Below, one piece after another: positions 1-11,063 of a stretch of 64,000 bases of DNA. The notes beneath the pieces were generated by a model. It was not told the DNA's origin and searched no databases. It was given only the letters and a program-made list of their open reading frames with translations. The DNA is from Rebecca billardiae RCC1528 (lineage: Eukaryota > Protista > Haptophyta): NCBI GenBank assembly GCA_965240325.2, contig OZ251243.1:124001-188000 (forward strand), written 5' to 3'. Each line of letters opens with the position of its first letter. The first letter of the stretch is position 1. The translations under genes and the position numbers were made by a program.

Positions 1-1644
1 CGCCGCCTCCGCCTCGCGCTGGAAGGCAAGGCCAGCGAGCGCACCCTCGGCCGCGTGCGGCGCGAGCGCGTCCTCGCCGACCTGCGTCACCACCGCCGCG
101 TTCGCCCAGCCGCTCTGCCGCCTGCTGAAGCTCATCCCGTTCACGCACAGGTGCTCCGGGTCGACCGAGGTGGGCACCACCTGGCCGCCCGGGCACATGC
201 AGAACGAGAACGCGTCGCGCTGCCGTGGCTGCAGGGGGGCGGAGGCGGCGGCGGCGGCGGCGGAGGCCGGGGGCTGCCACGTGAGGCGGTAGTCCGCGGC
301 GGGCAGCGCGCCGCTCGCCACCGCCGCCGCGTGCGCCCCCAGCCGCGCGTCGTTCACGAACCCCTGCGGGTGCTCGATGCGGAAGCCGACGGCGAACGGC
401 TTTGGCGCCAGCAGCACGCCAGCCGCCTGCAGCGACAGCAGCAGCGCGCGAGCGGAGTGGCCGACGGCTAGGACGACGCGCTCGGCGAGGACGGTGCTCT
501 GCGCGCCCGCGCGCTCCTCGCCCGCCTCCGCCACGTGCACCCCCGCCACCCGCCCGCCCACCACGTGCAGCCCCTGCACGCGCGCCCCCCAGCGGAAGCG
601 CACGCCCCTTTCCAGCAGGTGTGCGCGCGCCGCGCGCAGAATGCGCACGAGTCGGTCTGTGCCCAGGTGCGGCTTGCCGTCCACGAGGATGCGCGGCGGC
701 GCGCCGTGCTGCACGAGCGCGGCCAGCACGCCGCGCACCGCGCCCGAGTTGCGCCCGATCCGCGTCGTCAGCTTGCCGTCCGACCACGTGCCCGCGCCGC
801 CCTCGCCGAAGCAGAAGTTGGAATCTTTGAGCAGCTGACGCCGCCCCATCATGCGGCCGATGTCGCGGCCGCGCAGCTCGACGGGCTGGCCGCGCTCGAG
901 GACGAGCACGTCGGTCACGCCCGCGTCGGCCAGCGTGAGCGCCGCGAACAGGCCCGCTGGGCCCGCCCCCACGATCACCACGCGCGCGCGCAGCTCAGCG
1001 GCGGCGGGCGGCGGCGGCACCGCCGTCGCCGCGGCCGCGGCCGCGCCGCCGCCGCCGCCGCCGCCAGCCGCCGCCGCCGCGCCCGCGCCCGGCGGCGCGG
1101 CGGCGGGCGCGGGCGGCGGCGGCAGCGGCGCGGCGGCGGCGGGCAGCGGCTCCAGCTGCGCGCACGCGCGCAGCCGCACCTCCGGCGGCAGCGCCAGCTC
1201 GACGATGTACACGTAGCGGGGGCCCGCCGCCGCGGCCGTCCCGCCGCCGCCGCCGCCGCCGCCGCCGCGCCGCGAGCGCCGCGCGTCGAGCGAGCGGCGG
1301 ACGACGGTGACGGGCGGCGGGGCGCCGCCATCGGCGGGCACGAGCAACTCCGCCCCGACGCCCACGCGCGAGGCGATCGCCTCGCGCAGCGCGTCGCTCA
1401 CGCCGTCGCCCGCCTCGTCCTGCCACCACGGCGCGCCCGGCTGCACCGCCGCCGCCTCGTACGGCACAGCGATGCCGGAGAGGCGGTAGCGCCGGAGGGG
1501 CGCGGGGCGGGCGGCGGGGCTCGGGGCGCACATGCGCGCGCGGACGCGCGGCGCCGCGCCGGGCGCGGCGCGCGCGCGCGCGAGCGGCGCGGCGCGGCCG
1601 TGCGCGAGCAGCGCGGCCGCCACGAGGACCGTCCAGCGCGGCAT
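1..1644 (-). CDS. FAD-dependent oxidoreductase (COG2509 / plant PDE327-like), 3' end runs off the window; hydrophobic N-terminus suggests signal/plastid targeting
   Basis: Open frame from ATG at 1644 (MPRWTVLVAAALLAHG...). Contains Rossmann motif VVIVGAGPAGLFAALTLA, ERGQPVE, NFCFGEGGAGTWSDGKLTTRIG, GKPHLGTDRL and FSFCMCPGGQVV...VNGMSFSRR. Absent from the ORF track because there is no stop in the window. Confidence 0.9.
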   Translation of the reverse strand, partial: MPRWTVLVAAALLAHGRAAPLARARAAPGAAPRVRARMCAPSPAARPAPLRRYRLSGIAVPYEAAAVQPGAPWWQDEAGDGVSDALREAIASRVGVGAELLVPADGGAPPPVTVVRRSLDARRSRRGGGGGGGGGTAAAAGPRYVYIVELALPPEVRLRACAQLEPLPAAAAPLPPPPAPAAAPPGAGAAAAAGGGGGGGAAAAAATAVPPPPAAAELRARVVIVGAGPAGLFAALTLADAGVTDVLVLERGQPVELRGRDIGRMMGRRQLLKDSNFCFGEGGAGTWSDGKLTTRIGRNSGAVRGVLAALVQHGAPPRILVDGKPHLGTDRLVRILRAARAHLLERGVRFRWGARVQGLHVVGGRVAGVHVAEAGEERAGAQSTVLAERVVLAVGHSARALLLSLQAAGVLLAPKPFAVGFRIEHPQGFVNDARLGAHAAAVASGALPAADYRLTWQPPASAAAAAASAPLQPRQRDAFSFCMCPGGQVVPTSVDPEHLCVNGMSFSRRQSGWANAAVVTQVGEDALAPHAAEGALAGLAFQREAEAA

Positions 1645-2422
1645 CGCCCGCGGAGCTGACCGCAGCACGAAGCCGCCGCGGTCCGGTGATGTGCGGGGCC
1701 GGACCACAGCAGCAGCGGGCCCTTCGCTGGGCCAAGTGGAATAGTGGACCGATGCATGCGCGCACGTCGCCGTCGGCAAGGGTGGTCCCGTCGGTCTGGG
1801 CGTCTTCGCCCTTGGCGGAGCCAAGGGACCTAACCCAAAAAGCGTTGAAGGCTATCTCCTTTGGCGGAGCACGGCCAAGATAGCCGCCACCAAGCTCAAA
1901 GCTGTGACCAACATCGTTACGTCGCGGCCCGGCCGCCGCCGACACGGGCCGGCGGACGCGGTACTACGGGCTAATGATAGACGCCGCATTAAGGCCTCCC
2001 GGGGCCACTTTCGGTCGCCATGCACTGTAGCCAGTCTGCTGCGCCGTCGCCAGTGCCACTACTTACTATGGGTCTATGTCTACTACTTATAATAATGCCA
2101 CTACTGGAGTACTACTGGACTCCGCCCGGCGCGCCTCGGCGGCTGCCGGGACCGCGCTCGCGGCAGCGGAGCAGCAGCAGCAGCGTGAGCTGCGCCGACG
2201 AGCAGCAGCCAAGCACACGCGGAGTCGTCGCACGGGGCGGTGCGTACCAGGAGCGCCGAGTGCGGCTGCATCAGGCGGCAGCGTGAGTCGCGCGCGCGCG
2301 GCCGAGCGCGCACGGCTCGACGCTCTCGGCCGTCGGCGGCGGCGGCGCGCGCGGCGCCGCGCGGCGGCTGCTGCTGCCGCGCAGCCGCGCCCGCGGCGAG
2401 CCCGGCCCGCCCGGGGCCGCGC

Positions 2423-5400
2423 TCAGACGAGCTCGAGTGCGCCCCCGTCGCTCTTGGCGCCGGCGCCGCCGCCGAGCGCGAGCGGCGAGAGCGCGTGCCG
2501 CGAGGCGGAGCGGCGCACGCCGCCGCCGCGCAGGTTGTGAAAGCTCATGTTGCGCGCGATCCCCGCCAACCCGCGCCCGGCCAGACGGTCGACTTCGCGC
2601 GCGTCCGCCACCGGCCGCGGCGGCGGGATGGCGAAGATGGCGTACTTGGTGTAGTTGTCCACCACGCCCACCGCCGCCAGGATCACCGCCAGCTGGCCCA
2701 GCCCGAAGAAGAGGAGCTGAAAGCGCACACGCACACGCACACACACACGCACACACACGCACACACACACGCACGCACACACAGCGCACACGCGCGCACA
2801 CACACACGCACACACACACACGCACGCACACACGCACACACACACACGCACACGCACGCACACACACGCACACGCACAAGCGTGCACACACATGCACGCG
2901 CACCGGGGGGCGGTGGCGAGCGGCGGTCGCGGCGTCGCGCGTCAGAGCGTGCAGCCCGTGCGGCGCGCGTGCGTGTGCGCGTGTGCGCTGCCTCCCTCCA
3001 CCCAACCGCACGTGCGCACGCCCGCGCACACGCGCGCACACGCGCGCACGCCCGCGCACGCGCACGCCCGCGCCCGCGCACGCCCGCGCCCGCGCACGCG
3101 CACGCACGCCCGCGCCGCGCCGCAGCCGCACCATCTTGTAGGAGCACGACCACTCGAGGCGGGCGATGGCGCTGCCGACGAGCGCGGTGGGCGCGTGCGG
3201 CCCGAGCAGCAGCTGACACAGCCGCAGCACGCCCAGGGCCAGCCCGTTCGCCAGCCCGACGCAGCCAAGCCAAACGCCCGTCTGCGCGAGCCACCACGAG
3301 ATGCGCGGCGGCAGCGACTGCAGGCGCTCGGGCGCGTCCGCCGCCGCGACCACCGCCTCGAGCCGCGCCGCCACCTCCTCCGCGGACTCGTCGAGGTCGG
3401 CGGGCGCGGGCGTGCGCGGCGCGGGCGGCGTGCGCGGCGAGAGCGGCGCGCCGCCGCCCTCGCCGCCGTCGGCCGCGCCCGCCGCGGCGGCCGCGTGGTG
3501 CGAGTGCGAATGCGCCGAGGGCGAGCCCAGCAGCGCGGCGTCGGAGCGCTGCGCGCGCAGCTGCAGCGTCGGCAGCATGGCGAGGGCGTGCAGGATCGTC
3601 TGCGGCGGCTCCTCCGCCTCGGCGGCGGGCGCGCCCGCGCCGCCGCCCGGCAGCGCCGCGCGCGCGAGCGACAGCGAGTCCGCGTACCGGCCGGACACGG
3701 CGATGGCCTGCAGCCGGCGGTGGCCGGCCGCAAAGTGCGCCACCGCGGCGCGCAGCAGCAGCGCGAGCGGCCAGGCGAGCACGGGCACGCACAGCAGCAC
3801 CGCCGCCGCGTGCGCGAGCGAGTCGCTCGTGACCGCCTCCACCTCCGGCAGGCGGTGCGCGTACCTGCGGCGGGGCGCACACGGCGGGGCGCGGTGGGCG
3901 CGCGGAGGCGGTGAGCGCGTGCGCGCGTGCGGTGCGGTGCGGTGCGGTGCGGTGCGGTGCGGTGCGGTGCGCGGTCGGCGCGCGTGGGCGCGCGAGGCGG
4001 GCACGCCCGCTCGGCGCCCGCTGCCGCCCATCCCTTCGGCCCGCGCGCTCCCCGCCCCCGCCGCAGCTGTGCGCCCCCTCCGCACAGCCCCGCGCACACG
4101 CACACACACGCACGCACACACGCACACACGCACACACGCACGCACACGCACCGGAAGTCGACGGCCATGGCTGTGGCGAGGCCGAGGCAGATCTTCGCCT
4201 CGTCGAGCAGGAAGGTGTGCCACGAGCGCCGCTCCTTCCACGAGCACGTGAAGCGGCGCACCGTGTACGTGACGGTGTGCAGCAGCAGCGCCGTCGCCAC
4301 CAGCCACGACAGCAGCGAAGCGCTCAGTTGCCAGCCTGCGCCGCACGCACGCGCACACACACACACACGCACACACACACGCGCGCGCACACACACACAC
4401 ACGCACACACACGCACACACACGTACACGCACACACACACACGCACACGCACGCACATACACACACACGCACGCCCGATGACACACGCACGCACACGGCG
4501 CACAGGCGGGCAGCGAGAGCGGCGCGGGGGCGGCTGGAGTCAGCCCGCGTGCACGCGTGGCGCCACGCGCCTTGCCCTGCTCGCCGCACGCCGCGTGCCG
4601 CGTGCTGCGCGCACGCTGCAGCTCGCACGGCGGCATGTCGTCCTCGTCCAGCGCCGCCTCCGCGCGGCGCATGGCCTGCAGCGGCCAGCGCGCCATCGAG
4701 ACGCAGGCCCAGAGCAGCCCGAGCAGCCCGACGGCCGACAGCGTGTATCCCATGTACATCATGAAGTATTCGCCATCCTCAAACGTCCAGAGGTCGCGGA
4801 TGATTGGCAGCGAGGCCATTTCTTTGGGCATCACGCACTGCGTGCACAGCGGCGGCGCGAGTGCGAAGCGCATGTCAGGCGGCAGCGCCCAGTGGCCCTC
4901 GACCATCAGCGGGCGCTTCCACAGCTTCTCGGGCACGGCGGCGTAGAGGGAGCGCGCGATGCGCCTGCGGGGCGGGGGCGGCGGGGCGGGGGCGGCGGGG
5001 CGGGGGCGGCGGGGCGGGGGCGGCGGGGCGGGGGCGTGGGAGGCTGAGGCCTGTGCACGCCCCGCCGCGGCCTCGCTGCGCCCCCGCCCCCCTCCCGTGC
5101 CGCGCGCGTACTGCCCGCCGCCCGCCCCTGCCCGCCGCCCGCCGCCAGCCGCCAAGCCGCGCCCAGCCAACCGCGGCCCCGCCCCCCCCCCCCGCGCGCG
5201 CGCCCTCCCTTGCGCGGGCCGCACCTGTTGAGCACATAGCAGTGCGAGGTGCCTGGGTTGGAGGTGCGACACAGCCCGTGGACGCCCACGGGGTAGATGG
5301 GGCCCATGGCGATGTGGCCCACGTGCAGAGAGCCCCACCGCCCCCACGCCTCGAGCTGCGAGAGCACGGAGCCGAGCTTCTCGCGCGCGTCCGCGAAGCG

Positions 5401-5995
5401 GAAGCTGCGGGGGCGGAGCGCGCGGGCGGAGTTGTGCGCGCGTGTGTGCGGAGGGGGCGGGGCGGAGGGGGCGTGTGCGCGCGTGTCAGGGCGGGGGTGC
5501 GCACGCAGAGCGTACCCGACAGCGCCCACTGCCGCCCCGCGCCGCCCCGCCCGCGTCCACGCCGTGCCCGCCCGCCCCCTGCCACGCACGCACGCACTCC
5601 GCACACGCCCACACCCGCCGCGCGCGCACCGCGCGTCGTCCTCGAGCACGAGCAGGTGGTACTTGGTGTCGAGCCGCTTCTCGAGGTAGAAGCCCACTGC
5701 CACGTGGTGCGCGCGGCACACGCAGTCGTGCACGGTGTCGCCCGGGCGCGGGGTGACGCCGGGCACCATGTACGGCGGCGGGAAGCCGTGCGAGATCACG
5801 TTGGCGATCGTCTCCGCGCACCGAGCCATGTTCTTGGGAAGATAGATCACGCAGATGAAGCAGCCCTTCCACACGTGCGGCTCGAACATCGAGAGGTCGA
5901 GCTCCTCGGCGGGAGCGGACTCGGGGCCGCGGCTCGGCAGCAGCGCGCCGCCCGCCGCCGCGTCCGTTGTCGGCGTCGCGCCCATCGCGCCGTTG

Positions 5996-6032
<37 letters not shown>

Positions 6033-6195
6033 ACGACGACGATTCCTCGCGCACCGACGCGAGCGAGCTGCCGGCGCGCTCGAAGGCGGAGGGCGGCTCG
6101 GAGCCGTCGGAGGCGGGCGGGGACGCCGTGTGCGCGTCCGCCGCGCGCACCCGGATCTCGCCGCTCGGCAGCCGCTCGAGCGTGCGCAGCGACAT
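2423..6195 (-). CDS. Membrane protein, about 768 aa, 6 exons: N-terminal glycosyltransferase family 25-like domain plus C-terminal STIMATE/TMEM110-like multi-TM region
   Basis: Exons 6195-5630, 5404-5225, 4964-4615, 4335-4152, 3864-3132 and 2716-2423 join in frame over five GT-AG introns. GT25-like motifs: [35 protein letters not shown]-like motifs: [22 protein letters not shown] and hydrophobic helices. Confidence 0.65.
2725..3115. repeat. (CA)n/(CGCA)n intronic microsatellite tract; similar tracts at about 4095-4150 and 4345-4495, and (CGGTG)n at about 3929-3970
   Basis: Simple repeats visible inside the predicted introns. Confidence 0.9.
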
Positions 6196-6870
6196 GGTGG
6201 CGCGCGCGGGCGTGGGTGCAATGACGCCGCGCGGACGCTCGTCTGCACGAGGCGGGAATCTGCGGCGGCTCAATTTGCTTTCGCCCGGCGGCTGAGCGGC
6301 CGGACGCACTGAGCGGCCGGAAGTCGGAACGGCCAGAGAGCCTCTGGATGCCCCCGATGTGCTTTTGGATTGACAGTCTTGACAGTGACGACAGCTGATG
6401 ACTGTAGAGGACCGTCCGTCGTTGACAATGATTGACTTCATAGTGTGAGAATGTCGTAGTCGTAGTAACTGATCCTACTACTTACTAGTAGTACGACAGC
6501 ATATGCTAACCTACACTACTAAGTCCATGTCCAGCGTCCGGGATATGCTGAGAGAGTCGCGCGTTGCTGCTGCTGAGACTGCAGATTCATCAGCCAGACG
6601 CGCTGAGGGAGCCGACGCCCGGCCGCTCGATCCCACAGAGCGCCTCCCACGACAGTGTCACTGTCGCAGTGTCGCGTCAGCAGTGACGACGGCACGCCGC
6701 CCACGGGCAGTCGGCATGGCGGCCGCGTTCGCCCCGCAGCTCCCAAGGCGCCAGCCAGCCGGCAACCGGCGGCGCCCGCGGCGCCCGCGCCGCCGCCGCG
6801 CTGCCGCTGCCACGCGGCCTACTGAGCGCCCAGCCCGAACCCTAGGGTTCGGGTATACTGAGCGGCCATC

Positions 6871-9570
6871 TCAGGCGGCGGCGGGCGCGTCCTCAGACGC
6901 GCCCGCCGCGTCGAGCGCGCCGCGGGCAAGCAGCTCGAGCAGCGCGCCGCCGTGGGCGCACGCGCGCGCGAGGCCGAGCGCGTCCACGCCCGTGACCGAG
7001 TCGGCGGCGGCGCCGTCCGCGCCCGCGTCGAGCAGCGCGCGCGCGCACTCGGCGGCGCCCGCGCCCGCCGCGGCGAGGAGCGGCGTCTCGCCGTGAGCGT
7101 CGCCGGGCGCGCGCGCGTCCGGCGTCGCCCCCGCGTCGAGCAGCGCGCGCGCCACCGCCGCGTGCCCGCCCGCGCACGCGGCGTGCAGCGCGCTCCAGCC
7201 GCCGGGCGCGCAGCCGTCGGCGAGCGCCGCGCGCGCGCCGCCGTCCGCGGCCGCGCGCAGCAACGCGCGCACGCAGCCCGCCGAGCCCGCCTGCGCGGCG
7301 ACGACGATCAGAGGCACGCGCGCCGCGGCGTGCGGCGCGGCGTGCTCGGCGGCGGCGAGCATGCACGGCGCGGCGACGGCGTCCGCGCTCGCGCCCGCGC
7401 CGAGCGCGAGCTCGGCGCACGCGGCGCGGCCGGCGGCGCACGCCGCGCCGAGCGCCGCGTCGAGCTGCGCGCTGCCCGCGTCGCCGCCGCGCGCGCCGAG
7501 CGCGCGCAGCGCCACCGCGGCCGCGTCGGCGTGTCCCGCGTGACACGCTAGCGCGGCGGCGCCCCATCCCTGCGGGGTGGTGGCGAGCACGTCCGCCCCC
7601 GCGTCGAGCAGCGCGCACACGCACGCCGCGTCGCCCGCGTGCGCGGCGCACAGCAGCGGGCGCAGGCCGTGCGCGTCCGCGGCCTCGAGCGCCGAGGCCG
7701 CGGCGGCGGGCGGCGCGGCGGCGGGCGCGGCCGCGGCGGCGGCGGAGCGCTGCGGCGCTGCCGCCCCGTCAGCCAGCACCAGCCCCAGCCCCAGCCCCTG
7801 CTCCAAGAGAACAGCCAGGCACGCGCCGTGCCCGCCGGCCGCGGCCAGCTGCAGCGCGGCCGCCGCGCCCGGCGGCGAGGCCGCCGCCGCGCCCGCGCGC
7901 AGCAGCAGCGCGGCCGCGGCCGCGTGCCCACCGGCGGCCGCCATGCTGAGCGGGGCGGCCATGCTGACGCCCAGCGGGGCGGCGGCCATGCTGAGAGCGC
8001 CGCCGCCGCCGGCCGCTGCCCCGGCGGGTGCAAGCAGCTCGGCGGCGGGCATGGCGGGCTCGGCGGCGGCGCCGCGCGCGAGGATCGCGGCGATGGCCGT
8101 CGCGTCGCCCGCGTGCGCCGCGCGCACCAGCGCCGCGCGCGCCGTCGCGCCGTGCGCCGCGTGCGCCGCCCAGCGCGGCGGCGCGCCGTCCGCCGCCGCG
8201 CCGTCCGCCGCCGTCGCCGCCGCCGCCGCCGCCCCGTCCGCCTCGGCCGCGCCGTCGGCTTCGGCCGCGCCGGCGGCGGCCGCGGCGGTGGCCTGGGCAT
8301 CGAGCACCGCCGCGGCATCCACCGCGCGCGCGCCCGACGCCGCACGCGCCGCCGCCGCCAGCGCCGCCAGCGCCGCCGCCTGCGCGAGCCGCGGCGCGGG
8401 TGGCGGCGCGGCGGCGCTCGGCGCGGCCGACGGCGGCGCCTCGAGTGAGGCGGCGCATGCGCCGAGCGCGCGCGGCAGCTCGGCGGCGAGGTGGGCGAGG
8501 GCGGCGGCGCCCGCGCCGCCGTCGGCGTTGAGCGCGGCCGCGCACGCCGCCGCGTCGCCCAGCGCGAGCGCGCCCAGCTCCGCCGCCGCCGCCTCCACCG
8601 CCGCCGCCAGCGCCTCAGCGTGCGCCGCCGCGCCGCCCAGCCGACGCTCGGCCGCGGCGCGCGCGTGCGCGTGCGCGGCCGCGGCCTCGAGCGCGGCGGC
8701 GGCGTCGAGGGAGGGGTCGGCGGCGGTGGGCGGGGTGAACTCGTCGGCCCACGCGCCCACGCTCGAGCCGAGCAGCCGTGCCACCTCCGACGCCGCCTCC
8801 GCCGCGTACAGCGCGAGCTCGCGCGCGTCGGCGCGCAGCGTGCGCGCGCGCGCGCACACGTCAAGCGCGCCTCCGCACGCACGCTCCAGAGCGAGCACGG
8901 ACAGCGAGGTGGGAAGCGGCGTGGCGGTGGCGAGCGTCTTGAGCGGGCGCGAGATGGCGGGGCTCAGGATCGCCGCCGCCTCCGCCGCGCTGCGCGCCGC
9001 GCGCGCGCGTGCGCTCGCCTCCGCGATCGCCGAGCGCGCCGCGTCGCACGCAGCCGCCAGGCCGGGGGCCAGCTGCCGCGGCCCGCCGCCGCCGCCGCCG
9101 CCGCCGTCCGCGTCGTCGGCGCCGGCGTGCTCGGGGGGGACGCCGGTGGCGTAGGAGGAGCTTGAGATCGAGGCCGTGTGCGCGCGCGCGCCGCCCTGCG
9201 GCGGCAGCGGCAGCGGCTCGTCCTCCGCGGGCGGGCGCTCCTCCGGCGGCGCGCTGCCCGCGCCCGCGTCCGCGCGCGCGCCGCCGAGCGGCGCGGCGGG
9301 CGGCGGCGCGGCGGCGGCGCCGCTGCCTGCCGGCGTGGGTGCAGGGGGCGAAGGGTCAGCGCCCGAACCCGCCGCGCCCGCCTTGCCGCCGCCATCCTCC
9401 GTGCCCGCCGATTGCGTGGCAGGCGTGTGCTGCACGGCGGCGCCGCCGGCTGCATCGGACGCGTCGCCGTTGGCCTTGGGGGCGGTCGGGGCCGCGTCGG
9501 GCTTGGCGGGCTTGGCGCTCTGTGGCGAGACGATCTCCTTGGGCGCGGCCTTCGACGCACCACACCCCAT
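6871..9570 (-). CDS. Ankyrin-repeat protein (899 aa) with N-terminal myristoylation/palmitoylation motif MGCGASK
   Basis: Single ORF. Ankyrin repeats such as GLRPLLCAAHAGDAACVCALLDAGAD, GWSALHAACAGGHAAVARALLDAGA and [29 protein letters not shown] at 9570 gives MGCGAS. Confidence 0.85.
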   Translation of the reverse strand: MGCGASKAAPKEIVSPQSAKPAKPDAAPTAPKANGDASDAAGGAAVQHTPATQSAGTEDGGGKAGAAGSGADPSPPAPTPAGSGAAAAPPPAAPLGGARADAGAGSAPPEERPPAEDEPLPLPPQGGARAHTASISSSSYATGVPPEHAGADDADGGGGGGGGPRQLAPGLAAACDAARSAIAEASARARAARSAAEAAAILSPAISRPLKTLATATPLPTSLSVLALERACGGALDVCARARTLRADARELALYAAEAASEVARLLGSSVGAWADEFTPPTAADPSLDAAAALEAAAAHAHARAAAERRLGGAAAHAEALAAAVEAAAAELGALALGDAAACAAALNADGGAGAAALAHLAAELPRALGACAASLEAPPSAAPSAAAPPPAPRLAQAAALAALAAAARAASGARAVDAAAVLDAQATAAAAAGAAEADGAAEADGAAAAAATAADGAAADGAPPRWAAHAAHGATARAALVRAAHAGDATAIAAILARGAAAEPAMPAAELLAPAGAAAGGGGALSMAAAPLGVSMAAPLSMAAAGGHAAAAALLLRAGAAAASPPGAAAALQLAAAGGHGACLAVLLEQGLGLGLVLADGAAAPQRSAAAAAAPAAAPPAAAASALEAADAHGLRPLLCAAHAGDAACVCALLDAGADVLATTPQGWGAAALACHAGHADAAAVALRALGARGGDAGSAQLDAALGAACAAGRAACAELALGAGASADAVAAPCMLAAAEHAAPHAAARVPLIVVAAQAGSAGCVRALLRAAADGGARAALADGCAPGGWSALHAACAGGHAAVARALLDAGATPDARAPGDAHGETPLLAAAGAGAAECARALLDAGADGAAADSVTGVDALGLARACAHGGALLELLARGALDAAGASEDAPAAA

Positions 9571-11063
9571 CACGCGCGCGTGCGGTCGGCTCGAGCTCTG
9601 GGCTGCGCGCGGCCGAAACGACGAGGGCGACGCTCGCACGTGGCCTGGCGGGTACGGCGCTGATGATCGAACCGAGTGGATCTGCGCATCCGTCCGTAGA
9701 TCGAGCGCAGCGCGCAGTGATGATTCTGATGAAGCGGCGATGCTCATCATCGGGAACGTGTCTCCGTTCGAGCGCGCCGTCGAAGTCGCTGTCCTGAATC
9801 TCCGGGACAGCCACGCGAGCAATCAATTGGTTTGTGACACATACGTTTCAGGCCTGGTTCAGGCCGTAACCGAATACCAGTACCGACAAGATTCGGCAAG
9901 CCAGTGATCGGCGGTAAAATTGGGATATGCGCCGGCGGCGGCCGCGCCGGAGGTCGGGCGCGTAGTGCCGAACGACGCAGATCATCGGAATCGTCGCACC
10001 CGGCGTGCGCCTGTCCCCGCGCGCCGCGCGGAGAAGACGGCGTGCACAGCATGGTATGACACGACACGCATGGCACGTCGTCGGGGCCATCCAATCGCGA
10101 CGAGTGGCTGGCGGCGAGCGGAGCGCGAGCCGCGCGCCCGGCGCCGGGGCCGTCGGCGGCGGCATGCGGCGGACCGCCGCCATCGGCGCCGCCATGGCTG
10201 TGTTGCGTGCGGCCGACGAGCAGCAGCATTACCTCCGGGAGACGTGATGGGCAGCGCAGGGCGGTCGACAGACTCAGTTGTGGCCTTGTGGGATGAGGCC
10301 GGGCCTCAGCGCTGGGCCGGGGAGCCCGGGTCGGGCGTGAGCACCATGCAGCGCCCACGTGTGCCCCCGGAGGCCACCGTTGATGCCGGATGTCCAGCGT
10401 ACCACGAGGCCCAGGCAGCCCAGCCCATCGAGGCCGACTCAATCGCGGAGAGTCGGCGTCGGCCAGCCGCGCACAAGGGGCTCGGCACTGATACGGTGCC
10501 GAAGTCCCGCCGGCTGGGGTCAGAAAGGGCCCCCGGCCGTGCTGCGCGCTCATCTGCCGGTACGCACAGCGGTGGGTGCATGTGGGTGCATGCAGTCGGC
10601 CACCCGAATGGCGCCACTTCTCCACGCATGGCACTCCGCGGGCCGTCGCCGACTGCAGCGCGGCTCACGCTGACTGGCACTTTAGTCCTAGCTTATTACG
10701 CACACGACTGACACCGCCAAATCGGCGGCGGAACCGGCCCCACGAGCAACGACGCTGGAGGGCGCTCGGCAGCAGGGGAACAGCGCCCGCACGGTGCGCG
10801 GGGCCGCGTTGGCGCCCGCACGCGCGCCGACGGCGAGCATCGACGCGGCGGTGGGATCGCGCGCCTACTCCCCGCGCACGAGCAAGCTCCATGCGCATTT
10901 CCCGCCTTTTTCTCCCGCGCGTTCCTGGTGCAGTCCGGTGTGAGAAATCCGGTGCCGTCACGTCGTGCGCGCCACTGCGCGGTCGATCAACGCTCGCGCG
11001 GGCCCCGCGCAGCGAAAGCCCGACTCGCACGCAGCGCGGCAGCAGCCTGCACGGCAGCGCAAG

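Noticed and set aside
55-1945. Long plus-strand ORFs (e.g. 535-1659) and the many other Arg/Ala/Pro-rich ORFs across the window
   Set aside because: Antisense or off-frame shadows of real genes in very GC-rich DNA where stops are rare; no motifs.
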